Assembly: GCA_963828445.1 (NCBI GenBank)
Contig: CAWHFP010000014.1
Location: 37,565-101,564 of the forward strand
Length of the DNA stretch: 64,000 bases
Direction of reading: 5' to 3'
From: an uncultured Actinomycetes bacterium
Lineage (GTDB): Bacteria; Actinomycetota; Actinomycetes; Streptosporangiales; Streptosporangiaceae
Below, piece by piece: positions 1 to 14,115 of the stretch; positions within the stretch are counted from its first letter, which is position 1; each line of letters opens with the position of its first letter. Position numbers and translations under genes: made by a program. Below the pieces are notes generated by a model, which was not told the origin of the DNA, did not search any database, and saw only the letters and a program-made list of their open reading frames with translations.

Positions 1-715
1 GTCAGGATGTAGATGTTGTCGAAGATCCGGAACGAGTCCAGCGTGCGGAACAGCACCGCGACCAGGATGGCCGGTTTCATCAGCGGCAACGTGATCTGGG
101 TGAACCGCTGCCAGGTGCTGGCCCCGTCGACCTTGGCCGCCTTCTGCAGGTCCTCCGGGACCAGGGACAGGCCGGCCAGCAGTAGCAGGCCCATGAACGG
201 CGTGGTCTTCCAGATCTCGGCCAGGATGATGACCACGATCGCCTGAACCTGACTGGTCAGCGCGGCCGTGTTGTTGAAAGCGGCCGACAGGTAGCCGGTC
301 CCCGGCGTCCACGCGTACTGCCAGCCGTAGGCCGCGGCCACGGTCACGATGCCGTACGGGATCAGGGACGCGGTGCGGACCCCGCCCCGGAAGAAGATCG
401 TCCGGTGCATGAGCTGGGCCAGCAGCATGCCCAGGACCAGCGAGATCGACACCGAGAACACCGTGATGATCACGGTGACCTCCAGCGCCGTCCACCAGTA
501 CGACGACGACAGCACCGCGCCGTAGTTGGCCAGCCCGACGAACTTCTTGGCCTGCGGCAGTTCCAGGTTGTACTTCTCCAGCGACAGCCAGATCGCGTAG
601 ATGATCGGGTAGGCGGTCACCGCCACCATCACGATCACCGCGGGCGCGATCAGCAGGAAGCCCAGCCGGCGTTCGGCCCGGGCCCCCTCGGACAGCTGCC
701 TGCGGTGCCCGGGCA
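1..715 (-). CDS. Carbohydrate ABC transporter permease (CUT1, MalF/UgpA type); the 3' end runs off the window
   Basis: Own translation of the minus strand from ATG 715-713: MPGHRRQLSEGARAERRLGFLLIAPAVIVMVAVTAYPIIYAIWLSLEKYNL... It has multiple hydrophobic spans and the EAA-type loop LAGLSLVPEDLQKAAKVDGASTWQRFTQITLP. It is absent from the ORF track because there is no stop inside the window. Confidence 0.85.
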
Positions 716-810
716 TTTGCTCCCTGGTGGCTTCGGCGCCCGCCGCCACCTCTGCGTTCACAGCCATCGCGATGTTCCTTCCCTCGCCGCCAGCCGCCGG
801 CTGCGGCGGC

Positions 811-2148
811 TCACGGGACCAGGCCCTTCGATTGCAGTGCGTTGGTCAGCTGGCCCTTCAGCGACGAGACCGTCCCGGTGGGATTGATCCCCGACGCTGG
901 GAAGACCTGGTGCGAGATGTCGATCGAGACCACCTGGTAGAGCGGCGACTTGGGTCGCACGCTGGCGTTCTGCAGGGCCTTGAGGATGTCGGCGTGCATC
1001 GGGTAGTCGGGGTACAGCTTGGGGTTGTGGTACAGGCTGGTGATCGTGGGCGGAGCGCCGCCGACGGTCGCCCCGAGCAGCTGGTTCTGCGCGTCCCGCA
1101 TGCAGAGCGCGGCCTTGAACGCCAGGTCCCTGTGCTGGGAGTACCTGCTGACCGCGAGGTCCACTCCACCGATCGTCACCTTGGCCGGCGTGCCCGGCAC
1201 GACCTCCGGGTACTGCGTCCACTTGAAGCTCTTGAACAGCTTCGGCTCGTCGGTCTTCATGGACGGATAGACGAACGGGTAGTTCAGCTCGAACGCGGCC
1301 GTGCCCGCCTCCATGGCCAGCCGGTTCTGGTTCTCCATCTGCACGTCCAGCGACGGGTCGGCCGCGTCCGAGCTGGCCAGCTGCTTCATGATCGTCAGCG
1401 CCTTCGTCGCTGACGAGTCCAGCGTGACCTTGGAGCCGTCCGCGTTGAGGATCGAGCCGCCCGCGCTGGCCACCATGGTGTTGAACCAGACCGTGCCACC
1501 CTCGTACTGCGCGCCCTGGATCTCGATGCAGGTGCGGCTTGCCTTCCTTGGCCAGCTTCTCGGCGTCCGCGATCATCTCGGCCCACGTCTTGGGCGGGTT
1601 CGGCACCAGGTCCGAGCGGTACCACAGCAGCTGGGTGTTGGAGTTGTCCGGGGCCGCCCACAGCTGGCCCTTGTACTCCGCCGTCTCCAGGGCCGGCTTC
1701 AGGGTGTTGCCGACCACGGAGGCCTTGTTGGCTGCCGGTCCAGGGCTGCGATCCAGCCGGCCTGAGCGAACTCGGCCTCCCAGGTCACGTCCAGGGCCAT
1801 GATGTCGATCGTGTTGTCGTGCGCGGCCAGCCGCCGGACCAGCTGCTGACGCTGGCCGTCCGAGCCCTGCGGCAGCAACTGATAGGAGATCTTGTACGCG
1901 CCGTTGCTCTGCGCGTCGCAGTTCTTGATCATGGTGTCAGTCGCGCCGGACACGTCCGGGAACTGGTAGAAGTTCAGCGTGACCGGGCCGGTACTGGCCC
2001 CGGCCGAGCTACACGCGGCCAGGGCACTGCAGCCCAGCACCGCGGTGGCCACGGCCGCACCCGTCTTCGTGCGCAAACGCCGGGTGGACCGGCCAAGGAC
2101 CGAGCGCCGTGAGGCGCGCCGGGCCGGAGGATCGGTGGCAGACGTCAT
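811..2148 (-). CDS. Carbohydrate ABC transporter substrate-binding lipoprotein (CUT1), frame broken twice
   Basis: Three minus-strand ORF pieces read as one SBP. Piece 1 (2148 to about 1740): MTSATDPP... lipobox LGCSALAAC ... DVTWEAEFAQAGWIAALD. Piece 2 (about 1735-1530): VVGNTLKPALETAEYKGQLWAAPDNSNTQLLWYRSD...AKEGKP. Piece 3 (about 1530-811): CIEIQGAQYEGGTVWFNTMVASAGG...QSKGLVP. The shift near 1738 lies in a short G run. Confidence 0.8.
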
Positions 2149-2538
2149 TGTCCCTCCCGCGTGGGGCAGCCATGACCGGCCCAGCACGTCCATGCCCGAC
2201 CACCCCACTTCGTCGTCGGTGGCCCGCCGGCCCCGAAGACCGGAGCCGGCGAATCGTTCAGGTCCCTGGCGAGCGACAAGGACCTATGCATATGAAAACT
2301 CTCCGGTTACTTAGTGCGTCAAGAGGCAGGAGTGATTCGTTGTTGACAGTGCTGTGTGCCAGTGTGGTCCCTTGTGTGGTGGAACGTTAAATCATGTCGC
2401 TCTGACGCCTAATTTCGGCAAACTTTGCACACTGACGCTCCAAATCGCCCGTTGGCTCGCGGGCCGTGATCAGATCTTTATCCGGGTCTTACCGTCACTT
2501 GGCTGGTTCTTACCCACTACGGCGACCTGGCACGACAG

Positions 2539-3201
2539 TCAGGCCGCACCAGTGTGGCGGGCTCGCAAGCCGTCGATGAGGATGCCGAGCCCGTGCTCGA
2601 AGCGGTCGCCGGGCGAGCTCAGCGCCCCGGTCGCCGCGCGCAGCAGCGGAAAGGAACCCGCCCCGGGCGGTACCGGCGGCCCGTCCTGGCCCGGGTCACT
2701 GGCCCGGGTCCTGGTCGCGTCGTGCTCGGCGGGGGCGGCCCGGCCGTCCTCGGCCTGGAGGTCCAGCACGTCACCGAGCACGTAGGCGTTCAGGGTCAGC
2801 AGCGCCAGCAGCCCGTCGCCGGGCGAGAAGCCCGCGCCGGCCAGGGCCTCCAGCTGCCGTTCGATGCCGGGCAGGCTGGAGGTGGTCGGGCGGTTGCCCG
2901 ACACGACCAGGGCGCTGTCCCGATGAGCCAGCAGCGCCGTGCGCATGACCCGGGCCCGGGCCGTGAGCCATTCCCACCACGGCTGCCCGGGCTGCGGTTC
3001 GCGCCAGGCGGCCAGCGCCTCCTCCAGGATCGCCCCGGCCAGCAGGTCGAGCAGCTCGCGCTTGTTGCGGACGTGCCAGTACAGGGTGGGCGCGCGGATG
3101 CCCAGGCGCTCGGCCAGCCGCCGCAGCGTGAGCCCGTCCAGCCCGGCCTCGTCGAGCAGCTCGAGCGCGACGGCGACGATGCGTTCCCGGGTGACCGGCA
3201 T
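2539..3201 (-). CDS. TetR/AcrR family transcriptional regulator
   Basis: N-terminal HTH RIVAVALELLDEAGLDGLTLRRLAERLGIRAPTLYWHVRNKRELL. About 220 aa, divergent from a monooxygenase remnant. Confidence 0.9.
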   Translation of the reverse strand: MPVTRERIVAVALELLDEAGLDGLTLRRLAERLGIRAPTLYWHVRNKRELLDLLAGAILEEALAAWREPQPGQPWWEWLTARARVMRTALLAHRDSALVVSGNRPTTSSLPGIERQLEALAGAGFSPGDGLLALLTLNAYVLGDVLDLQAEDGRAAPAEHDATRTRASDPGQDGPPVPPGAGSFPLLRAATGALSSPGDRFEHGLGILIDGLRARHTGAA

Positions 3202-3222
3202 GGCCGGAATTCTATGGCCCCT

Positions 3223-3272
3223 CTAACGACGTTAGGGGAGGCTGGGCGACAGCGACTCTAACAACGTTAGAG
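3223..3272. promoter_or_regulatory. Two operator-like palindromes in the TetR/monooxygenase divergent intergenic region
   Basis: CTAACGaCGTTAG (3223-3235) and CTCTAACaacGTTAGAG (3256-3272) share the half-site TCTAAC/GTTAGA. They lie within the 81 bp between the two start codons. Confidence 0.5.
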
Positions 3273-3282
3273 GAGAGGCGGG

Positions 3283-3694
3283 ATGAACGCACCGGACGAG
3301 GCCGGCGTCCTGATCGCGGGCGGCGGCCCGGTGGGCCTGATGCTCGCCTGCGAGCTGGCCCGGGACGCGCCCGCTGGTGCTGGAGCGGCGGGAGGGCATC
3401 GACCCCACGATCAAGGCCGGCTCGATCAACGTGGCCGCGGTCGAGGCGCACTACCGGCGCGGGCCGCGGCCGGCCGTCCGGGCCGAGCAGGAGCGCATCC
3501 AGGCCATGCCGCGTCCCGGCGCTGGTGGACGTCCATCATTTGATCGAAGGTCGGTACCCGGCTGACCGGTCACTTCGCGGATCTGTGGGATCGGCCGCGT
3601 CCGGGTGGTCACCGCGGCCTGCCCGGAGCGCCCGGCGCTGGCCGCCCTGCTGGTCCGGCCGGATCCGGCCCTGGGCCGGCCCCCCTGCCTCTGA
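3283..3694 (+). pseudogene. Remnant of an FAD-dependent monooxygenase (frameshifted, internally deleted)
   Basis: Starts with the FAD fingerprint MNAPDEAGVLIAGGGPVGLMLACELAR. A second frame gives LVLERREGIDPTIKAGSINVAAVE. A third frame ends RVRVVTAA..ALLVRPD..*, typical of this family. Only about 0.4 kb remains where about 1.5 kb is expected. Confidence 0.6.
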
Positions 3695-3720
3695 GCAATC
3701 GATTTCTCTAAGCTGGGGGT

Positions 3721-4746
<1,026 letters not shown>

Positions 4747-4769
4747 GCCTGATCCAGCCGGGGAAAGCG

Positions 4770-4798
4770 GCGGGCCCCAGGGTTGCCCTGGGGCCCGC
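4770..4798. terminator. GC-rich hairpin downstream of the AKR gene (13-bp perfect stem, 3-nt loop, no T tract)
   Basis: GCGGGCCCCAGGG ttg CCCTGGGGCCCGC, 24 nt after the AKR stop and between convergent genes. Confidence 0.5.
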
Positions 4799-4970
4799 GC
4801 CGTTCCCAGGCGGTCCGGAAGCCGCCCCCTAATCGCCAGTGTCCAGACCACTCGGGAACTCCGCCCGCTGGTCACGGAACGTAACCAGCGGGGAAAGGGA
4901 TTATGACACGTCCGCCGCACGGACGGAAGAGTCAGGTCCCCGTGTTGTCCATTATAGGAACCTTTGTTCG

Positions 4971-5225
4971 TTATTTCCACTTGAAGTGGACGAACAATCG
5001 GCCGAAGTTCTTGGAATCCTTCTCCACCCGGTGGTACTTGGCCTTGATTTCCTTCTGGTCCAGGAACCGCAGCACGCGCTTCTTCAGCTGACCCGAGCCC
5101 TTGCCGGGAATGATCTCGATCAGCGGGGCCTTCTTGGCTTCGGCCTCGGCGATGATGTCGCGCAGCGCCTGGTCGATATCGGCACCCCGGTTGTAGATGT
5201 CGTGCAGGTCCAGCTTCAGCTTCAT
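4971..5225 (-). CDS. Smr domain protein
   Basis: MKLKLDLHDIYNRGADIDQALRDIIAEAEAKKAPLIEIIPGKGSGQLKKRVLRFLDQKE... The internal ATG at 5225 is chosen because the upstream part of ORF 4971-5390 looks non-coding. Confidence 0.75.
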   Translation of the reverse strand: MKLKLDLHDIYNRGADIDQALRDIIAEAEAKKAPLIEIIPGKGSGQLKKRVLRFLDQKEIKAKYHRVEKDSKNFGRLFVHFKWK

Positions 5226-5261
5226 GCCCTGACCGTACGACAGTGAGCAGAAAGGTAACGA

Positions 5262-5666
5262 ATGCTGTTCGGAGATGAGCACGTCAAGCGCTACGAGGAG
5301 ACCGACGGGGCCGAAGGCCACGAGTGGCAGGGCACGACCGCGCTGATCCTCACCACCACCGGGCGCAAGTCGGGCCAGCAGCGTAAGCATGCGCTGATCT
5401 ACCAGAAGTTCGGCGACGACTACCTGATCGTGGCGTCCAAGGGCGGCGCGGACGAGCCACCCACCTGGTACCTCAACCTCGAGGCCGACCCGGAGGTCCA
5501 GGTCCAGGTGCTAGGGGACAAGTTCCGGGCCCGGGCCCGGACCGCGACCGCGGCCGAGAAGCCCGCCATGTGGGACGTCATGGCCAAGGCCTGGCCGTCG
5601 TACAACGACTACCAGAAGAAGACCGACCGCCAGATCCCGGTCGTGGTCCTCGAACGCGAGTCCTGA
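5262..5666 (+). CDS. Nitroreductase-family deazaflavin (F420)-dependent oxidoreductase (DUF385 type)
   Basis: 134 aa: LILTTTGRKSGQQRKHALIYQKFGDDYLIVASKGGADEPPTWYLNLEADPEVQVQV... Confidence 0.85.
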   Translation: MLFGDEHVKRYEETDGAEGHEWQGTTALILTTTGRKSGQQRKHALIYQKFGDDYLIVASKGGADEPPTWYLNLEADPEVQVQVLGDKFRARARTATAAEKPAMWDVMAKAWPSYNDYQKKTDRQIPVVVLERES

Positions 5667-5669
5667 GCG

Positions 5670-6179
5670 TCATCGCGGCGGGCCGTCCGGCCACAGCCGG
5701 GTGACGATCTGGGCCACCGTGTCCGCGGGCGAGCCGCCGGGGGTGACCACCACCACCTGCGGCTCGTCCTGCGGCACCTCCTGCGCGGCCAGCTGGCTGG
5801 CCAGCAGGTCCTGGGGGAAGAAGTGCCCATGCCGCCCGGCCAGCTGCCGGGCCAGGGTGCCGGCGTCCTCGAGCAGGTAGACCAGGGTGACCGCGGGCCG
5901 GCCCCCCAGCAGCGAGTCGCGGTACTCGCGGCGCAGCGCGGAGCAGGTCACCACCGCGGACCCGCCGGCCGCGATCCGTTCGTCCATCCAGGCCCCGATG
6001 GCGTGCAGCCACGGCCAGCGGTCGGCGTCGGTCAGCGGCTCGCCGCGGTGCATCTTGGCGATGGCGACCGCGGAGTGGAAGGTGTCCGCGTCCGCGAACG
6101 TCCAGCCCAGCCGGCCGGCCAGGCCGGTCCCGATCGTCGTCTTACCGCTGCCGGACGGCCCGGCGATTATCACGATCAC
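5670..6179 (-). CDS. gntK: Gluconokinase
   Basis: GTG start at 6179 gives MIVIIAGPSGSGKTTIG (P-loop) followed by FADADTFHSAVAIAKMHRGEPLTDADRWPWL, the GntK/IdnK signature. Confidence 0.8.
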   Translation of the reverse strand: MIVIIAGPSGSGKTTIGTGLAGRLGWTFADADTFHSAVAIAKMHRGEPLTDADRWPWLHAIGAWMDERIAAGGSAVVTCSALRREYRDSLLGGRPAVTLVYLLEDAGTLARQLAGRHGHFFPQDLLASQLAAQEVPQDEPQVVVVTPGGSPADTVAQIVTRLWPDGPPR

Positions 6180-6190
6180 GGTGCCGGACT

Positions 6191-6664
6191 CTACCGGCGG
6201 CCCCAGTGGAGTGCACCGTGGCCGCCGTGGCCGATGCTGATGCCACCACTGCGGCGGCTGGCCAGCACGCGCTGCCACCAGGCCAGCCAGGCGGCCACTG
6301 CCGAGCTGACCGGGCGGCGGGCCGTGACCGGCGGGGCCGCGCTCCGGGCCACCGGGGCGCGCTGGGCGTTCTCGGCCGTGGCCGGGTAGGTGGCCTCGCG
6401 GGCCGGGGACGTCTTCTCCGGGGCCGGGGTCCGGGCCGGAGCCGAGGACGCGGGCGGCGATGCGCTGGGCAAGGACGACGTGGGCTCGGCCGGCGTGGAC
6501 GGCGCCGGGGCGCTGGACCGGGCGGCCGGCGCCGAGCCGAGCGCGGTGGGCCGGGCCGGAGCGGGCGCCTGGGCCATCAGCAGGCCCACCCCGGCGATGA
6601 CCGCCGCCACCGCGACCACGCCGGTCAGCACGGTGATGGCGGTGCGGAAGCTGATCTCCTCCAT
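6191..6664 (-). CDS. Hypothetical membrane-anchored Pro/Ala/Ser-rich protein
   Basis: MEEISFRTAITVLTGVVAVAAVIAGVGLLMA (one TM) followed by a low-complexity tail. There is no family match I can name and the start is uncertain. Confidence 0.35.
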   Translation of the reverse strand: MEEISFRTAITVLTGVVAVAAVIAGVGLLMAQAPAPARPTALGSAPAARSSAPAPSTPAEPTSSLPSASPPASSAPARTPAPEKTSPAREATYPATAENAQRAPVARSAAPPVTARRPVSSAVAAWLAWWQRVLASRRSGGISIGHGGHGALHWGRR

Positions 6665-6785
6665 GCGCGCGTACAGCGAGCTACGCAAGGCCGCGAACCG
6701 GGTCAGCACCACTGGACAATACACGGCCGGGTGCAGATGTCACGAATTGCCTGACGGGCCGGAATCGCCCGGCCAGGGGCCCTGA

Positions 6786-7733
6786 TCAGTGGATCAGGGC
6801 GTCGACGGCCAGGGCCGCGAACAGCAGGGTGAGATAGATGTTCGACTCGTGGAACAGCCGCATGGTCTGGACCTTGCCGCCGCGGATGGCCCGCCAGTGC
6901 ATCCGGTGCACCTCGGCCAGGAACAGGGCGCCGAACACGATCGCGCTGATCCCGTAGACCGGGCCGGTGGCCAGCGGCCAGACCGCGACCGAGGCGATCA
7001 CCGTCAGCCACGTGTCGACCAGGCTCTCGGTCATGACCCGGCGCAGCGAGGCCACCACCGGGAGCATGGGGATGTCCACGCTCCGGTAGTCGTCCTTGAA
7101 CTTGACCGCCAGCGCCCAGAAGTGCGTCGGCTGCCAGAAGAACACCACCAGGAACAGCAGGAACGCCGGCCAGGACAGGGAATCCCGCACGGTGGCCCAG
7201 GCGATCAGCACCGGCGCCGCCCCGCAGATGCCGCCCCACAGCGTGCTCTGCGACGTCCGCCGCTTGAGCAGCATGGTGTAGACGACGACGTAGTACAAGA
7301 TCGCGCCCAGGGTCAGCGCGGCCGCCAGCAGGTTGGCCAGCGCCGCGAACAGACCCACCGACACCAGGCCGATCACGGTCCCGAAGATCAGGGCCGCGCG
7401 CGGGGAGACCGTGTGCCGGGCCAGCGGCCGGCCCCGGGTCCGGCGCATGACCTGGTCGATGTCGCGGTCGATGTAGCAGTTCAGGGCGTTGGCGCTGCCG
7501 GCCGCGAGCGCGCCGCCCAGCACCACCACGGCCGCGTCCAGCAGCGACGGCAGCCCGCGGTCGGCCAGGAACAGCACCGGCACGGCGGTGATCAGCAGCA
7601 GCTCGATGATCCGCGGCTTGCACAGGGCCACGTAGGCCTGCACGACCTGACGGGCCGTGGGCGCCTCGGACGCGTGGGCACTGCTCTCGTGGCCCGCGCC
7701 GAGCGAGCTTCGCCGGGTGTCGACGGCACTCAA
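6786..7733 (-). CDS. ctaB: Protoheme IX farnesyltransferase (heme O synthase)
   Basis: TTG start at 7733 preceded by AAGGTGG. MSAVDTRR...[22 protein letters not shown]...[21 protein letters not shown]...[12 protein letters not shown] (UbiA-type motifs). Confidence 0.9.
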   Translation of the reverse strand: MSAVDTRRSSLGAGHESSAHASEAPTARQVVQAYVALCKPRIIELLLITAVPVLFLADRGLPSLLDAAVVVLGGALAAGSANALNCYIDRDIDQVMRRTRGRPLARHTVSPRAALIFGTVIGLVSVGLFAALANLLAAALTLGAILYYVVVYTMLLKRRTSQSTLWGGICGAAPVLIAWATVRDSLSWPAFLLFLVVFFWQPTHFWALAVKFKDDYRSVDIPMLPVVASLRRVMTESLVDTWLTVIASVAVWPLATGPVYGISAIVFGALFLAEVHRMHWRAIRGGKVQTMRLFHESNIYLTLLFAALAVDALIH

Positions 7734-7951
7734 CGAAAACCGACCACCTTCCGGCTGGCGGGGAGAACAGCGCGGCACGGCTGCGCCGCAGCGTACGTGG
7801 GGGGCCCGGGCGCGCGTACCGCGCGGTGGGCGAAACGAGCAGGGAGACCCGCCAGCCACATCGAAGCCTACATGGCGTCGTAATTGCCCCGACGGGAGTC
7901 CGGGGGTTCTGCTGCTGGCCGACGGCCGACGGCTGTGAAATTCTGGGCCGG

Positions 7952-10203
<2,252 letters not shown>

Positions 10204-10228
<25 letters not shown>

Positions 10229-12581
10229 AGGGTGCCGGCGGCCGTGGCCGAGCCGGCGTAGTCCCGGGCCGGGACCGTCTGGCAGCTGCTCTGCACCCAG
10301 GACTCGATCGTGCTGGCGGTCGCGCCCCGGCCACCCCCGGGGCCGCCGCCCCCGAAACCGCCACCCGAGCCGCTGAGCAGGAAGAACTTCAGCTGGCCGG
10401 TCTTGACCAGTTGCTTGACCCGGGCCAGGGTCGGCTCCGGCACCGAGCCGCTGAAGCCGCCCATCGGCATGACCTCCTGGCCGGTGGCTTCGATGTACGG
10501 GGACGCCTCCGTCCAGGAGGACACCGCCAGCAGGTAGGAGGCGCCGTCGCGGTGGGCGCTCACGTACCGGTAGATCTCCTGCTCGCTGCCGGTCAGCGCG
10601 GTGGTGGCGCTGCCCTGGATGCCGCCCGCGCCGCCTCCGCCGAAGCCTCCGGCTCCGCCCGCGCGGGTCCGCCCGGTTCCGGCCCGGTCCCCGGAACGGT
10701 CGGCGAAGTCCCGGAACGCATCCTCGGCCGAGGCGTTCCCCCCGGCCGGCCCGCCGCCGCCAGCGGCGAAGCCGCCCATACCGCTGGACGGCCCGGCGGT
10801 GGCGTTGAACGAGCTGCCCGCGTACCTGGCGTCCAGCACCGAGCCGGCCCAGGCGGCCGGGGCCACCAGCATCGCGCCCACCCCGGCCGACAGGCCCACG
10901 GTCAGCAGCCGGGCCCGGGCCCGCCGGGTCAGCCGGACCAGGACCATGATCGCGATCCCGGCCGCCCCGGCGACCAGGGCGAGGATCCGTACCCAGGGCA
11001 GGAAGCCGGTGAAGTCGCGCCAGAGGAACCAGGCCCAGGCCACTTCGGCCGCCACCGCCACCGGCAGCAGCCAGCCGCGGGCGTCACCGGCCCGGAAGTA
11101 GCGCCAGAACATCACGATCCCGGCCGCCGACAACGCGGCCAGGGGCGGGGCCAGCGAGGCCACGTAGGCGGTGTGCGGGATGCTGCTCATCTTGCTGAAG
11201 ATCAAGCCGAACGTCAGCAGCCAGAGCCCCCACATCACGAATCCGGCCCGAACCTGGTCGGTGCGCCGCGCCCGCCGCGTCCAGAGCAGGCCGAAGATCA
11301 GCGCCAGCACGGCCAGCGGGTAGAGCCAGCCGACCTGCGAACCGAACTCGCTGCCCAGCAGCTTGGTCCAGCCCTGCCCGAAGCTGCTGCCGCCGGCCTG
11401 ACCGCCGCCAGGCCCCGCGAACCGGCCGGTGCCACCCGTGCCGGTGCCACCGGGGGCGCCGCCGAAGCCACCCGTGCCCGTCCGGCCGGGCCGGTACCAG
11501 TGCCTGTGCCCGTGCCTGGGGCTCCGCCGGGGGCGACCCCACCCGGAGTGGTACCGGTGCCTCCCGGAGCCGCACCGGTACCACCGGGCGCCGTGCCGGT
11601 ACCACCGGGCGCGGTGCCGCCGTTCCCGGCCGCTTCCCGGGTCGGGCCACCGGCTCCGCCACCGCTCACGCCGGGGCCGCTGGTGACGGAGCCGGGCACG
11701 CTGATGCCGAACCGCTCCAGGCCGTTGTAGCCGAAGACCATCGAGATGGCGCTGTTGTTGGTGGACCCGTCCACGTACGGGCGGTCCTGGGCCGGGGTGA
11801 ACGTGTACAGCGCGACCCAGGACAGCGACACCGCCAGCATGACCACCCCGGCCACCCCGACCTGCCAGATCCGGCGCCACGGCCGGGCCGGCGCGAAGAG
11901 CAGGTAGCCGATGACCAGCGCGGGCAGCACCATCCAGGCCTGCAGCATCTTGGCCTGGAAGCCCACCCCGACCCAGACCCCGGACCAGATCAGCGAGCGC
12001 AGGCGCGCCTCCATCACGGCGCGCTGGTAGGCGTCGGCCGCCAGCACCAGGCACATGGTCAGCAGGCCGTCTTCCATGCTGTGCCCGAACATCGACGCCG
12101 CGATCGGCGTCAGCGCGAAGATCCCGGCCGCCAGCAACCCCGGCACCGGTCCGGCCCAGCGGCGAACGACCCGGTACATGGCCAGGGTGGCGATGACACC
12201 CTCGATGACCTGGGGCAACGCCAGCGACCAGGGGTGGTAGCCAAAGATCCGGGCCGACAGCGCCTGCGGAGCGAACGAGCCGGCCAGCTTGTCGATGGTG
12301 ATGGTGGCCTTGGGGTCGAAGGCGCCGTAGAAGAACGCCTTCCAGCTCACCGACATGCTCTTGACCGCGACCGAGTAGAACGGGGCCAGCCCGGCCTGGG
12401 TGATGTTCCACGCGAACAGCAGGGCGGCGACGGCGGCGACGGCGAGCAGCGCCGGCCGGGCCCAGCTGGGCTGGTCAGCGGGCGAGCGCCAGACCTGCCA
12501 GCGCCGGCGTTCCGTCCCGCCCCCGGCCCGGTCCTGATCGTGCGACGGGCTCAGCGGCGGATCAACCACGAACGTGGCCAA
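10204..12581 (-). CDS. Glycosyltransferase family 39 (ArnT/PMT-like) membrane protein with a Gly/Thr/Pro repeat insert; frame broken near 11490
   Basis: The N-terminal piece (ORF 11298-12581) reads FYSVAVKSMSVSWKAFFYGAFDPKATITIDKLAGSF... The C-terminal piece (ORF 10204-12411 frame) reads GWTKLLGSEFGSQVGWLYPLAVLAL...LKFFLLSG... The frames switch inside the GGTGTAPGGTG repeat. Confidence 0.8.
11370..11681 (-). repeat. Coding low-complexity tandem repeat (GGTGxAPGGTG units) inside the GT39 gene
   Basis: NGGTAPGGTGTAPGGTGAAPGGTGTTPGGVAPGGAPGTGTGTGTGP... continues in the other frame as GTGGFGGAPGGTGTGGTG. Confidence 0.7.
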
Positions 12582-12676
12582 GCGGGACCTCCAGGCGCGG
12601 TGTGACGGGTCGGAGGTGACACTGGCCGGCCCGACTGAGTACCAGCTCAGTCTTTGCTGAGGCCGGGCACGGAGAA

Positions 12677-12711
12677 ATGGCGTTCCCTCTCAAAACCCTC
12701 TGGAACGCCAT
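12677..12711 (-). terminator. Hairpin downstream of the CUT2 permease gene
   Basis: ATGGCGTTCC (15-nt loop) GGAACGCCAT, about 100 nt past the permease stop at 12808. Confidence 0.35.
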
Positions 12712-12807
12712 CGCTGGAAGCTTCAAGCACCGTAGCGCCGCCGGACATGGACCGGGGAGGCCCCCGCCACCTGGACGGGTGCCTCCCCGGGTACTGCGGT
12801 AACGCCG

Positions 12808-14115
12808 TCAGCTCGACCGGCCGCGCCGGGACAGCGCGTCCACGCTGACCGCGGCCAGCAGGACCAGCGAGGTGACGATGTAGGTCGCCGCCGCGCTCGT
12901 TCCGAGCAGGGCCAGGCCGTTGGCGATCGCCGCCACGACCAGGCCACCGATCAGGGCGTTCAGCATCTTGCCGTGCCCGCCGAACAGGTGGGTACCGCCG
13001 ATGACCGCCGCCGCCACCGCGAACAGCACCAGCTGGCCGCCGTTGGTGTCGGTGGAGATCGACCCCAGCCGGGAGGCCAGGATGATGCCCGCGATCGCCC
13101 CGGTCAGGCCGGTCAGCACGAAGGCCAGCGTCCTGATCCGGTTCAGGCTCACGCCGGCCCGCCGGGCCGCCTCGGCGTTGCCGCCGACGGCGTAGATGTA
13201 CCGGCCGAACCGGGTCCGCCCCAGCAGGAACGTCCAGATGGCCAGCACTCCGAGGATGATGGGGACCACCCACGGCACCCCGCGCAGGGCCTGCAGGGCG
13301 GTGCCCCGGTCGGCGTTGCCGATCAGCACGACCACCACGCCGGCCACGGCCATGACCCCGATCTTCAGCGCGGTCACGCTGAGGGGCGGGGTGACCAGGC
13401 CGGCCGCCCGGCGCTGCCGGTCGCTCAGCAGCAGCATGGCCGCGGCCGCCGCCACGATCACGACCATCAAGATCCAGCCGGCCACCGGGCTGAGGTTGCC
13501 CTCGGTCAGGTCGCCGATGATCTTGTTGCTGATCGGGATGGAACCGCCGGGCCCGTGGCCGCTGCGGGCGACCAGAACGATCATCAGGCCTTCCAGCCCC
13601 AGCAGGCCGGCCAGGGTCACCACGAACGATGGCAACCCCAGCCTGGTTATCAGCAGGCCGAAGATCAGGCCGATGAAGGCCCCGGTGGCCAGCCCGAGGA
13701 TGATGGCCACCCACCACGGCAGGCTGAACACCGTCCAGGCCGTGATGACCGCGGCCACGGCGCCGGTGTACCCGACGGCCAGGTCGATCTCGCCCAGCAG
13801 CAGGACGAACACCTCGGCCATGCCCAGGATGATGTAGGGCGCGCCCTGGATCAGCAGGTTGACCAGGTTGCCCGGCGACAGGAACAGCGAGTTCCTGACC
13901 TGGAAGTAGATCACGATCGCGACCAGGCCGATGACGACCGGGAGCGCGCCACTCTCGCCGCTGCGGATGCGGCGGAACTGAATCCGCGCGTACTCGCCCA
14001 GCGAGTTGGCCATCACCTCGGGCGCGGCCGTGGCGACCTGGGCGGCCTCGCCGTTCTCAGCCGACTCGGGTGTATCGGGCGTCTCGGGCGACGGCTGGTG
14101 AGTTTCGGTGCTCAT
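12808..14115 (-). CDS. Sugar ABC transporter permease (CUT2, XylH/RbsC type)
   Basis: The ATG at 14115 overlaps the ATPase stop (ATGA). MSTETHQPS...LPVVIGLVAIVIYFQVRNSLFLSPGNLVNLLIQGAPYIILGMAEVFVLLLGEIDLAVGY... It has many TM spans. Confidence 0.9.
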   Translation of the reverse strand: MSTETHQPSPETPDTPESAENGEAAQVATAAPEVMANSLGEYARIQFRRIRSGESGALPVVIGLVAIVIYFQVRNSLFLSPGNLVNLLIQGAPYIILGMAEVFVLLLGEIDLAVGYTGAVAAVITAWTVFSLPWWVAIILGLATGAFIGLIFGLLITRLGLPSFVVTLAGLLGLEGLMIVLVARSGHGPGGSIPISNKIIGDLTEGNLSPVAGWILMVVIVAAAAAMLLLSDRQRRAAGLVTPPLSVTALKIGVMAVAGVVVVLIGNADRGTALQALRGVPWVVPIILGVLAIWTFLLGRTRFGRYIYAVGGNAEAARRAGVSLNRIRTLAFVLTGLTGAIAGIILASRLGSISTDTNGGQLVLFAVAAAVIGGTHLFGGHGKMLNALIGGLVVAAIANGLALLGTSAAATYIVTSLVLLAAVSVDALSRRGRSS

